A stretch of DNA of 25,653 bases. Source: an uncultured Candidatus Saccharibacteria bacterium. Lineage in GTDB: Bacteria > Patescibacteriota > Minisyncoccia > Minisyncoccales > CG1-02-41-26. The notes beneath the pieces were generated by a model. That model made no database searches. It was given only the letters and a program-made list of their open reading frames with translations, and was not told where the DNA came from. Below, one piece after another: positions 8,851 through 18,068 of the stretch. Each line of letters opens with the position of its first letter. Positions within the stretch are counted from its first letter, which is position 1. Position numbers and translations under genes: made by a program. The DNA is taken from positions 1 to 25,653 of the forward strand of contig CAYOFM010000001.1 of NCBI GenBank assembly GCA_964403365.1. The letters run 5' to 3'.

Positions 8851-9450
8851 ATGAAAAAACAAGACAAATGGAAAATCGTAAAACGTCCTGGTTATTCTGG
8901 TAAACATCGTGATGTTTTACATATTAAATATGATGAACAGCATGGCAAAGGCAATTGGCGAATCGCTTGGGTTATACGGGGCAAAATTTTTAATAGAGAA
9001 GAGATCCTTCTTCTCTATGAAGATGCTTATTATTATTTTTTAAAAAATAATCCGAAAATAATTAATCAATTAATAAAAGAAGCAAGAGATATTTATGATG
9101 ATGCTCCTAGCAATGTTAATTCTGGTATAAATTATACTAAGCAAGAGACAAACCGAACGCATTATCAAGATATAGCTATTCGTCGTTGTATTTTGCGTTT
9201 CGGTTTTAAATTCCAAAGTAGAAAACTCATTCAAATACGCGATATAAAAGGGAAACACCCTTTAAGTCTTGTTCTTTCTCCAGGACACATTCCTTTTCAT
9301 ATGCCTGAATTTATAAAAAAACCGGAGCTTACTGGTTGGTGGCAGGCAGGAAGTATTGAAAGCTTCTACCAATCTAATAAAGTTTTGCAAAGTAAAAAGT
9401 CATACAATAAAACACTCAACCATTCGGAGGGCCATTCTGATTCTTTGTAG
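8851..9450 (+). CDS. Hypothetical cytoplasmic protein (199 aa)
   Basis: Long ORF with ATG start and protein-like composition; no family recognised. Confidence 0.75.
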   Translation: MKKQDKWKIVKRPGYSGKHRDVLHIKYDEQHGKGNWRIAWVIRGKIFNREEILLLYEDAYYYFLKNNPKIINQLIKEARDIYDDAPSNVNSGINYTKQETNRTHYQDIAIRRCILRFGFKFQSRKLIQIRDIKGKHPLSLVLSPGHIPFHMPEFIKKPELTGWWQAGSIESFYQSNKVLQSKKSYNKTLNHSEGHSDSL

Positions 9451-9484
9451 TTTTATTATTATTTCAGGGGGTTGGATTAAACGT

Positions 9485-9513
9485 CTATAATTGTGATACA
9501 ATTATAGTTTTTT
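9485..9513 (+). terminator. AT-rich palindrome followed by T6, possible terminator or operator
   Basis: CTATAATTGT-GAT-ACAATTATAG then TTTTTT. Confidence 0.45.
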
Positions 9514-9576
9514 ATTGTAATTTTTTTTGGGGGGAGCTTGAAGAAAAGGGAAAAATAGGGCAGAATAGAGAAAAGT

Positions 9577-10050
9577 ATGGTTGAACAGATAAAAATCAAA
9601 AAAGTGGGGGAGGGTGATGTGGATGCGGATGTGGAGTTTTTGTTTGGGTTGAGGAATGAGCCAACGGTTTTTGAGTATGCCAGGAATAATCGACCGGTTG
9701 AGAAAGCGGAGCATTTGGCTTGGATAGAGGGGATTTTAACAGGGCAAAGTAATAAAACATTGTTTATTGTTGAGTTTGAGGGACAAAGAGCTGGGCAAAT
9801 ACGATTTGATAAACTAGAAAATGGTGTTTTTGAAATAAGTATTGCCTTGGCGCCAGATTTTCGGGGTAGAGGAGTTGGTAAAAAGGCTTTACAACTAGGT
9901 GTAGAAAAGGTTAAATTAGAACAAAAGGCAGAAAAGATTATAGCTGTAGTTAATAAACAGAATATAGGTTCGTTGCGGTTTTTTGAAAAAGCCAACTTTA
10001 TTTTACAAAACCAAGAAGGCGATTGGCTTACTCATATTTTAGAAATTTAA
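9577..10050 (+). CDS. GNAT N-acetyltransferase, PseH-like
   Basis: LRNEPTV...EHLAWI...GQIRFD...ISIALAPDFRGRGVG...N.GSLRFFEKANF; stop overlaps the pseI start (TAATG). Confidence 0.8.
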   Translation: MVEQIKIKKVGEGDVDADVEFLFGLRNEPTVFEYARNNRPVEKAEHLAWIEGILTGQSNKTLFIVEFEGQRAGQIRFDKLENGVFEISIALAPDFRGRGVGKKALQLGVEKVKLEQKAEKIIAVVNKQNIGSLRFFEKANFILQNQEGDWLTHILEI

Positions 10051-11111
10051 TGAATAATAAAATAAACAATTTTAAAATAGCTGGAAAAGAAATTGGCATA
10101 GGTCAACCTGTTTTTGTTATTGCTGAGCTTTCAGGTAATCATAATGGTTCACTTGAGAAAGCCAAAGAAATGGTTAAAACAGCTTGCCAGGCAGGGGCTG
10201 ATATTATTAAACTACAAACCTATACAGCTGATACTATGACTATTGATTTAAACGAGAAATGGTTTCAAGTTAATGTTAATTCTGCGTGGAGTGGCAAGAC
10301 ACTACACCAGCTTTATGGAGAGGCTTTTACACCGTGGGAATGGCATGGGGAACTTGAAAAGATAGCCAAAAGTTACGGTAAGCCTCTTTTTTCAACTCCT
10401 TTTGATACAACTGCTGTTGATTTCTTAGAGAAAATGAATACGCCGGGTTATAAGATTGCTTCTTTTGAAATTGTTGATATCGAATTATTAAAAAGAGTAG
10501 GACAAACTAAAAAGCCAGTTATTATGTCCAGGGGTATGGCATCGCTTGAAGAAATGGAATTAGCTGTTAAAACCTTAAAAGAAAATGGCACTAAAGATTT
10601 GGCTATTTTACAGTGTATTAGTTCTTACCCTGCCTTGCCTGAAGAATTAAATTTAAAAATGATTCCTGATATATCAGAAAGATTTGGGGTAGTGAGCGGG
10701 CTATCAGACCATAGCTTAAGTATTTCTGCGCCAGTGGCTGCGGTTGCTTTAGGGGCTAGTATTATTGAAAAGCATTTTATTATAAACAGAAAACAGGGCG
10801 GGCCTGATGCTAATTTCTCATTAGAGCCAGAGGAGTTTAAACAAATGGTTAAACAAATTAGAGAAGCGGAAAAAGCCATGGGCCAGGTGCAATACGGGGT
10901 AGGGGAGCGAGAAAAAGAAAACATTATTTTCAGACGTTCTTTATTTATAGTCAGGGACATAAAGCAGGGGGAGGGATTTACTAGGGATAATCTTTGTTGT
11001 ATTAGGCCTGGTTATGGTTTAGCTCCAAAGTTATTACCCCAAATTTTGGGTAAAACAGCCACTTGTGATATAAAAAAAGGGACCCCTTTAAAACAAGAGT
11101 TTATTCAATAG
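10050..11111 (+). CDS. pseI: Pseudaminic acid synthase (NeuB/PseI family) with C-terminal SAF domain
   Basis: IAELSGNHNGSLEKA, KLQTYTADT, FSTPFD, YKIASFE, GLSDHS, IEKHF, RRSLF...IRPGYGL; ATG at 10050. Confidence 0.88.
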   Translation: MNNKINNFKIAGKEIGIGQPVFVIAELSGNHNGSLEKAKEMVKTACQAGADIIKLQTYTADTMTIDLNEKWFQVNVNSAWSGKTLHQLYGEAFTPWEWHGELEKIAKSYGKPLFSTPFDTTAVDFLEKMNTPGYKIASFEIVDIELLKRVGQTKKPVIMSRGMASLEEMELAVKTLKENGTKDLAILQCISSYPALPEELNLKMIPDISERFGVVSGLSDHSLSISAPVAAVALGASIIEKHFIINRKQGGPDANFSLEPEEFKQMVKQIREAEKAMGQVQYGVGEREKENIIFRRSLFIVRDIKQGEGFTRDNLCCIRPGYGLAPKLLPQILGKTATCDIKKGTPLKQEFIQ

Positions 11112-11112
11112 T

Positions 11113-12585
11113 ATGATAGAGAAAAAAGATTTAAAAGTTTGTATGTTTCTACAGAGAAAAGCCGCCTTATGGGGGCATGCTTTGGCTTTGGAGTTAAAAG
11201 AACTAGGGGTGGCCCAGTTTAGTGCTTATGCTTCGCCTTTTAGGTCTGCTGAGTTTTTAAGAGCCCAGCATGATATTGCATATCAACCATTGTTAGTAGA
11301 TGAAGAAATAATAGCAAATTTTAAAGATGAAAAGATTGATTTTACTTTTTTAAAAGATATGGAAGAAAAATATGGCATGCCTAATCTTTGGCACTATATT
11401 TTTATGGATAGATATTTAATTATGAGTAAGGCAAAAACTTCTTACGAACCTTCTTACAATTACCATGAGATGCTTCAGATATTGCAACTTCGCCTTAGGG
11501 CAATTGTAAAAATGTTAGAAGAGACGAAACCTGATGTGATGATTTTTTCATCTATTGCTACAATGCCTTCTTTGTTATGCTATCAAATATCAAAAAAAAT
11601 GGGCATAAAAACAATGCAGGTTGCTTCTACTAGAGTAGGTAAAAGAATTGGCGTTATGGAGGGCTTGGAAGAATATACATCTGTCCTGTCAGTTTTTAAA
11701 AGCATACAAGCAGGTCAAAGAGAGCGTAAATATGAGGCAGAGGCTTTAGGTTTTTTAAAAGAGTTTAGGCAGGAGAAGAAAGCAGCCTACACAGTATTTC
11801 AACTATCACATTCTAAGTTTTTACCAAAAAGGGTTTATAAGGCATTGGTTCATATAATTAGACGTACATTTAGGCACTCTACTACAACAAGAAAAAACGA
11901 CTACATGGAAGAGGATAATGTAAACTATTTCAGAAAGCGTATTACCAAAAAGATTAATACTTAGAGGGGATATGATAAATTATTTAAAAAGCCAGATTTT
12001 AGTAAAAACTATGTATTTTTTCCATTGCATGTTGAGCCAGAAGCAGCCACTCTTACCTTAGCTATTTATAATATCAATCAGATAAATTTAATTCGTAATA
12101 TTGCCCTTTCTCTCCCTATAGATTATAAGCTTTATGTTAAAGAACATCCTTGTATGATAAATACAAGGAAACGCTCGTATTACAAGAAGATATTAAGAGT
12201 ACCGAATGTAGAGTTAATAGATTGCAAAACACCATCTGTTGATTTAATTAAAAACGCTAAACTGATTACTACTATTACCGGAACAGTTGGCTGGGAGGCC
12301 ACACTGCTTGGCAAACCAGTCATTACCTTTGGCAATGCTTTTTATAATATCTTTTCGTTTGTTAAGCGTTGCGAAAACATAGAAAAATTGCCCTCTTTAA
12401 TAAAGGATAGTTTGCATCATTTTAACTATAATGAAAAGGAATTAGTTGATTACTTAAGTGCTTTGTTTGAAGAATCAGTAGATATAGACTTGTATAAAAT
12501 ATGGATAACAGGCACATCTTGGAAGCTTATAAAAGAAGAGGGAATGTTTAAAGAGTTGGCAAGATTCATCTACGACAGGATATAG
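11113..12585 (+). pseudogene. KpsS/Capsule_synth-like glycosyltransferase interrupted by a single in-frame TAG (11962-11964)
   Basis: ORFs 11113-11964 and 12025-12585 share a frame: KKINT*RGYDKLFKKPDFSKNYVFFPLHVEPE, then YVKEHP and TGTVGWEATLLGKPVITFG. Confidence 0.85.
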
Positions 12586-12592
12586 AAGTAAA

Positions 12593-13846
12593 CTATAGGT
12601 AACGGAGTAGGATAAAGTTAACAATACCATTTAATAAATTATGGATAGTTATAGCAATGATCAATCCTAATAAGCCAAAGAAATAAAGAGATAAAAATAA
12701 AATTGATATTTTAATTACAGCCATTGAGATATTTTGCTTGTATAATATCTTTGTTCTTCTTTTAGCAGTAAAGGCAACACCAGGGATTAAGCCAATACCA
12801 CCTAAAAGATTAAGGGAATAAATACGTGAGTAAAGGATAGCCCCAGTATAAGTAGGAAAAAATATTTTAAAGATAAGTGGGCAGAATGCAATATAAAGAG
12901 CGACCATACTAGTTAGTAAAATAGCCCAAGGAACTGTTTTTGCGAAAGCAGTTTTTTTTATTTCTTGGGCACTTCTAGTAGATAGCTTAGGCAAAGCCAA
13001 TTGGCACATACTTTTAGTAACAGATTTTAAGTTGTCTGGCAGTATTGTAGCAAACGAATAAATAGCTAATTGAACAGCACCTACATAATGAAAGATAAGG
13101 ATTTTATCAATCTGCATTGCAACAAGATTTAGCACACCCATTAAACTTAAATGTTTGCCAAAAACAAGTGATGATTTATCAACACTATTTTCTTGTGATG
13201 GAATAGGGTCTTGTTTAAAAGTGATTACATAGAATAAAATACTTAAAATAGATCTTGATGAAAAATAGACAAGTACTAAATAAATAGTATTATTTGTTAG
13301 GATGATTACACTAGCAGTAATTAGGGCTGCTAAAAATCCTTTTGCTAAGTCTAATTTAGCTTTTAAAGAAAAGTTTTTTTTGCCTTCTAAATAACTAGTA
13401 TAAAGAGGGAAAGAATTAATAATAGGGGAGAGTAGGCCAGCGATTAAAAAAGATATAGATAAAGTAACATCTTGTTTAACCCAATAATAAACAGCTAGAG
13501 AGAGCCCTGCTAAAAGTGCCAGCATGCCCCAGCGAAGTCGTGCTTTAAGGGCTTGCTTAACTGTGCCGGCAAAGTTTCTGGCTACTGCTTGAGTAACAGC
13601 ACTTTTCATACCAGATAAAGAGAAGATGGCCAATAAAGAGGCAATAGAAAGAATAAATTTATACTGACCATAAACATCTTGAGGCACAAATCTTGCCCAA
13701 ATCATACCCATTGCTAAAGCAATCAATAAGGTTCCAAAGCGTGCCAAACTTAGCCAAAAACTACCTTTGGCGATATAAACATTATCGGTTTTGGTGTATT
13801 TCTCTGTTTTCCTTAAAAGATTGTAGACCTTTCCTTTAATTGGCAT
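12593..13846 (-). CDS. Wzx-type polysaccharide flippase (MOP family)
   Basis: Many TM segments; RFVPQDVYGQYKFILSIASL, QIDKILIFHYVGAVQLAIYSFA. Confidence 0.85.
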   Translation of the reverse strand: MPIKGKVYNLLRKTEKYTKTDNVYIAKGSFWLSLARFGTLLIALAMGMIWARFVPQDVYGQYKFILSIASLLAIFSLSGMKSAVTQAVARNFAGTVKQALKARLRWGMLALLAGLSLAVYYWVKQDVTLSISFLIAGLLSPIINSFPLYTSYLEGKKNFSLKAKLDLAKGFLAALITASVIILTNNTIYLVLVYFSSRSILSILFYVITFKQDPIPSQENSVDKSSLVFGKHLSLMGVLNLVAMQIDKILIFHYVGAVQLAIYSFATILPDNLKSVTKSMCQLALPKLSTRSAQEIKKTAFAKTVPWAILLTSMVALYIAFCPLIFKIFFPTYTGAILYSRIYSLNLLGGIGLIPGVAFTAKRRTKILYKQNISMAVIKISILFLSLYFFGLLGLIIAITIHNLLNGIVNFILLRYL

Positions 13847-15558
13847 TAGATTAGATTATTATTTTGTAAATATTCAATAACTTGTTCGGCACATTTCTCA
13901 ATGTTTTCATCTGTGTTGCTTGATGTATCTAAAATAATTTCTGCGTTTTCTGGTTTTTCATAAGGATCAGAAACACCAGTAAAGTTTTTGATTTCTCCTG
14001 ATCTGGCTTTAGCGTAAAGCCCTTTTGCATCACGCTTTTCACAAACCTTAAGCGGGCATTTGCAATATACTTCTATAAAGTTTTCTACCTTATCTCTAAC
14101 ACCATCTCTTTGATGTTTATACGGAGAAATAAAAGAAGCGAGTACTCCTACTCCGTTTTTAGCTAGCATTTTAGCTACAAAACCAATCCTTTTAATATTT
14201 TCATCCCTATCTTCTTTGGAAAAGCCAAGATCTTTGGTTAATGTTTGGCGAACTATATCTCCATCTAATCTTTCAATATGTTGATTACTTTGTTTAAGTT
14301 TCTCTGAAACTTTGTCAGCCACTGTTGTTTTACCGCTACCTGATAAACCAGTGAACCATAAAATAAATCCTTTTTTATTATTAGAGTTTTTATGCATATT
14401 ATATTTATTATCTACTAATGGATTGTGGCTGTTAGCTAAAAAGTTATAAATCTCAGGTCTCATAACATAAGAGGGGATTGGCGTTTTATTTAAAATAGCT
14501 TGCCTAATTTTAGTACCACTAAATGATTCTTGATTTTTTGAGCAGTCTGGACAATCGTTTTCAAAAACGTGAGAGTTACAAGTATGACACCAAACTACAT
14601 TTTTAAACTTCAATATCTCGACACCGATTTCATCTGGCTTAAATTGATTAAAAATCTCTTGGGCATCAAATGGACCATAGAAATCTCCCACACCAGCATG
14701 GTCTCTACCCACAATAAAGTGAGTGCAACCAAAGTTTTTTCTGATTAAAGCATGCAGTACTGCTTCTCTTGGTCCAGCATACCTCATTTTTAAAGGCAAG
14801 ATACCCAACACCACCTTATTCTCAGGAAAAAAGTTTTTAATCAAGAGTTGGTAAGATGCTATGATAAATTCATCCTTAAAATCAGTTAGTTTTTTTTCAC
14901 CAATCACTGGCTGGATAAATAATCCGTCAGTTTGTTTTAGGGCCTGTTTCTGTAAAAACTCGTGTCCTTGGTGAGGCACATTTCTAGTTTGAAAAGCTGC
15001 AACCGTGTCCCAACCATTTTTTTTAAATAACCCTCTGGTTTCCTTTGGTGTTAAATCATAATCAGAAAAAGGTGTTTGGTCATGGATAAGCCAGGTATCT
15101 CCACCAATTAAATAATCTTTCATTTTAAAAACATTGGCTACTCCTGGGTGGTTTTGGTCGGTAGTACCAAATACATTTTTGGCAAAGCTATTTTTATCAT
15201 AACTAAATATCTCAAAGTTTTCTAGAATAGCGATTGGTTGGCTATCGTCAGATACAAGTAACACCTGTTTTTCATTTTTTATTTTCTGTTTTTCTGTTTC
15301 AGAAATATCTAAAACAATTGGCACAGACCAAACAACCCCGTTAGCCAAGCGCATATCTTTAACCACAGAACTAAAGTCACTTTTTTTCAAGAAACCAGTA
15401 AGAGGGGAATAGACCCCGTGGGCAATGTTTCTTACATCAACTGTTCTTTCTTTATCTAAAACCAGGACCTTTAATTGGTCCTTTTGCGCTAAGATATTCT
15501 GTTTTTTATCTTCATCAAGAACTCTATCAATAAGTTCTCCGCCGTGTGGTTTAATCAT
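13846..15558 (-). CDS. sat-cysC: Bifunctional sulfate adenylyltransferase / APS kinase (Sat-CysC, PAPS synthase)
   Basis: Start MIKPHGGEL at 15558 (not 15606); FQTRNVPHQGHE, MRYAGPREA, VGRDHAGVG; kinase half WFTGLSGSGKTT, LDGDIVR, RDAKGLY. Confidence 0.95.
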   Translation of the reverse strand: MIKPHGGELIDRVLDEDKKQNILAQKDQLKVLVLDKERTVDVRNIAHGVYSPLTGFLKKSDFSSVVKDMRLANGVVWSVPIVLDISETEKQKIKNEKQVLLVSDDSQPIAILENFEIFSYDKNSFAKNVFGTTDQNHPGVANVFKMKDYLIGGDTWLIHDQTPFSDYDLTPKETRGLFKKNGWDTVAAFQTRNVPHQGHEFLQKQALKQTDGLFIQPVIGEKKLTDFKDEFIIASYQLLIKNFFPENKVVLGILPLKMRYAGPREAVLHALIRKNFGCTHFIVGRDHAGVGDFYGPFDAQEIFNQFKPDEIGVEILKFKNVVWCHTCNSHVFENDCPDCSKNQESFSGTKIRQAILNKTPIPSYVMRPEIYNFLANSHNPLVDNKYNMHKNSNNKKGFILWFTGLSGSGKTTVADKVSEKLKQSNQHIERLDGDIVRQTLTKDLGFSKEDRDENIKRIGFVAKMLAKNGVGVLASFISPYKHQRDGVRDKVENFIEVYCKCPLKVCEKRDAKGLYAKARSGEIKNFTGVSDPYEKPENAEIILDTSSNTDENIEKCAEQVIEYLQNNNLI

Positions 15559-15572
15559 ATATGTTATGTGGG

Positions 15573-15753
15573 GTGTAGGGGGGAGGGCATTTGCCGAAGG
15601 GGGCACTGCGCAGACGCACTCACTGAGAATAATAAACTATTATTGAACTTAGGAAGTGCGTCGAGCAAAGCCACATCCGTAACTGTATTTTAATTTATTT
15701 CTTTAGGATAGTGGCGGGTCCCCTGAGGCAAATGACCCGAACCTCTCTAACGC
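15573..15753 (+). other. GC-rich Y-shaped structured element filling the frr-sat spacer (ncRNA or ssDNA/MITE-like)
   Basis: About 30-bp interrupted closing stem plus two internal hairpins, with several G.T pairs on the + strand. Confidence 0.6.
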
Positions 15754-15755
15754 GT

Positions 15756-16313
15756 CTATCCTTTAATCTCAACCTCTTTATTCTTAACCATTTCTTCCAT
15801 TTTGTCTCTATACTCACGAACCATTTCATCTAACTTATCTTTACCCTTAAACTTATCATCTTCTCTTATCTCTCCTTTAGTAAACCCGTCCTGTACTGAT
15901 TTCCACATCTTATCCCGTAAATGCCTAACAACTTGAAAAGCCTCTTCTTTCTTTTTATTTAACACGCGTACTAAATTAGCCCTGCTTTCTTCTGTTAGTG
16001 ACGGTGAAGTAAGATAAACTTTTTCTCCATCTATTCTTACTGATAAGCCAAGACCTGCTTTTTCAATAGCTCCAACAGCACCCTCTATATAACTCTTATC
16101 CCACAGTTGAATTAGTAGCTCTTTAGATGAGCCAGAGGTAATCGCCCCTAATTGCTTCATGGGCAAAATAGAGCCAAAACAATCTACCTTTATATCTTCT
16201 ACTAAGGCTGGAGATAACCGCCCACTACGCAGTTTCATCATCTCATCTTTAAACTCTTCCTGTACTTTCTCTAACTCTGGTTTTAAATTGTCTAAAATTG
16301 ATTGATAACTCAT
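15756..16313 (-). CDS. frr: Ribosome recycling factor
   Basis: KLRSGRLSPALVEDIKVDCFG, PSLTEESR, GEIREDD. Confidence 0.95.
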   Translation of the reverse strand: MSYQSILDNLKPELEKVQEEFKDEMMKLRSGRLSPALVEDIKVDCFGSILPMKQLGAITSGSSKELLIQLWDKSYIEGAVGAIEKAGLGLSVRIDGEKVYLTSPSLTEESRANLVRVLNKKKEEAFQVVRHLRDKMWKSVQDGFTKGEIREDDKFKGKDKLDEMVREYRDKMEEMVKNKEVEIKG

Positions 16314-17032
16314 ATATTTAACATTAAGTTTTCTAACACTAACCTTTTATTTATATTAGTTGTATTTACAAGATATTGCAACTTTTGAGCCAGCTTTATT
16401 TTCTCTACCACTCCCCTACTCTCTTCTATATTAGCTAGGAGTATCTGTCTCAAATAACTTATTAAATTTTCAAAAAAGTTTTGGACTGCTAAACCATTTT
16501 CTTTTGATATCTTTTCTGCAAAAACAAATTTGCTTTCTAAATCCCCAGCTATTATCCCCTGCATTTTTTGGGCTATGTTTTTGTCTAATGCCTTTGCCTT
16601 TGTGTTATAAAACTTTAAAACAGCACAACGGGATATAATAGTAGGTAAAAGTGTTTTATACTTATCAGTAATTAAAATAAATAAAGCATTGCTCTTTGGT
16701 TCTTCTAAGGTTTTTAAAAAACAATTCTGAGCCAGCTTATTCATTGCTTCCACTTTATTAATAATAACTATCTTCCTATCACTAAATTGTGGCTTAAAAC
16801 TTAAATCTTTTTGTAACTCCCTAATTTGATCTATTTGTATCTCTTTACCTAATGGCTCTATTTCTATTAAATCCTGCCCGCACATTTCCCCACTATGGAC
16901 TTGTTTAATAAAATCTAAAGCTATTTGTTTTTTGCCAACCCCTTTTGGTCCATTAAAAATAATAGCCTGTGGCACTCTATTATTAACCACAGAATTTTTC
17001 AAAAATTCAACTTGTTGTCGATGAGTAGTCAT
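16310..17032 (-). CDS. holB: DNA polymerase III subunit delta'
   Basis: FNGPKGVGK, IQIDQIREL, AQNCFLKTLEEP, LLPTIISRC; ATGA overlap with frr. Confidence 0.9.
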   Translation of the reverse strand: MTTHRQQVEFLKNSVVNNRVPQAIIFNGPKGVGKKQIALDFIKQVHSGEMCGQDLIEIEPLGKEIQIDQIRELQKDLSFKPQFSDRKIVIINKVEAMNKLAQNCFLKTLEEPKSNALFILITDKYKTLLPTIISRCAVLKFYNTKAKALDKNIAQKMQGIIAGDLESKFVFAEKISKENGLAVQNFFENLISYLRQILLANIEESRGVVEKIKLAQKLQYLVNTTNINKRLVLENLMLNI

Positions 17033-18040
17033 TTACTTCTTCGTCATCACACTTTTCTTATAAACATCTAAATTCTCCAATACAATACCTGTACCTTTAG
17101 CTACGCAAAATAAAGGATTTTCAGCTACAAAACATGGTACCCCTGTTTGCCTAGCAATCAATTGATCTAAATTTCTTAATAGGGCTCCTCCTCCAGCTAA
17201 AATCATCCCTTTATTCATAATATCTGCAGAAAGCTCTGGCGGAGTATCACGAAGTACCTGTTTTACTCCTTCTACTATCTCCATACAAGTAGGATAAATA
17301 GCTCGAGCAATTTCATTAGCAGTAATTTTAATGTTACGAGGCAAGCCAAGGGCTAAGTCTCTGCCCCTTATCTCTAACTGAGCATCTTTTTTCTCAGCAA
17401 AGGCCTTACCAATCTTTATTTTAATCTCTTCAGCTGATTGGCTTCCAATAGCTAAATTATGTTCTTTTTTAATATGCTCAGAAATTCTATCGTCCATTTT
17501 GTCTCCAGCTATTCTAACTGAGCTAGCAGTAACAATCCCGCCCAAAGAAACCACAGCAATTTCTGAAGTACCTCCACCAATATCAATAATCATATTACCC
17601 TCGCAAGAATGAATCGGAATGCCAGCCCCAATAGCTGCTAATATTGGCTCTTTAGCCACGTAAGCTGCTCTGGCTCCAGCAGCTCTGGCTGCTTCAATCA
17701 CAGCTCTTTTCTCAGTAGAGGTAGAACCAACTGGCACAGAAATCACTACTTCTGGTTTAAAAAAACCAAACCTGCCTTGAGCAGTTTTAATAAAGTGCCT
17801 AATCATAGCCTGAGTTACTTTGTAATCAGCAATTACTCCATCTTTCATTGGCCTGTAAACTACAATAGAATCAGGTGTACGGCCAATCATTAATTTAGCT
17901 TCATTACCCACTGCTAGTATGGTATTCTCCTGTTTACTAACCGCTACCACAGAAGGCTCTTGCAAAACAATCCCTTTTTTAGGGACAAAAACAAGACAAT
18001 TACAAGTTCCTAAATCAATAGCTATTTTTGTAACAAACAT
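17033..18040 (-). CDS. mreB: Rod shape-determining protein MreB
   Basis: IAIDLGT, EPSVVA, RPMKDGVIADY, IDIGGGTSEIA, LAGGGALLR. Confidence 0.97.
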   Translation of the reverse strand: MFVTKIAIDLGTCNCLVFVPKKGIVLQEPSVVAVSKQENTILAVGNEAKLMIGRTPDSIVVYRPMKDGVIADYKVTQAMIRHFIKTAQGRFGFFKPEVVISVPVGSTSTEKRAVIEAARAAGARAAYVAKEPILAAIGAGIPIHSCEGNMIIDIGGGTSEIAVVSLGGIVTASSVRIAGDKMDDRISEHIKKEHNLAIGSQSAEEIKIKIGKAFAEKKDAQLEIRGRDLALGLPRNIKITANEIARAIYPTCMEIVEGVKQVLRDTPPELSADIMNKGMILAGGGALLRNLDQLIARQTGVPCFVAENPLFCVAKGTGIVLENLDVYKKSVMTKK

Positions 18041-18068
18041 AAATAAAGTTTATAAATTTTGATTGTAA

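Noticed and set aside
9521-9534. T8G6 homopolymer as a phase-variable promoter of the pse genes
   Set aside because: No convincing -35/-10 pair spans the tract.
7041-11964. Alternative genetic code (UGA=Gly or UAG recoding) explaining the two broken genes
   Set aside because: TGA terminates holB and the Cas4-like gene and TAG terminates several core genes. The amidase break is a frame change, not just a stop.
15559-15606. Extended N-terminus of Sat (MPPSANALPPTPHITY)
   Set aside because: It derives from the GC-rich structured element; the family start matches MIKPHGG at 15558.
15573-15753. c-di-GMP-I or glycine riboswitch upstream of sat
   Set aside because: The GCAAAGCC and GCCGAAGG words are on the strand antisense to sat, and the required GNRA-capped P1 and other consensus parts are missing.
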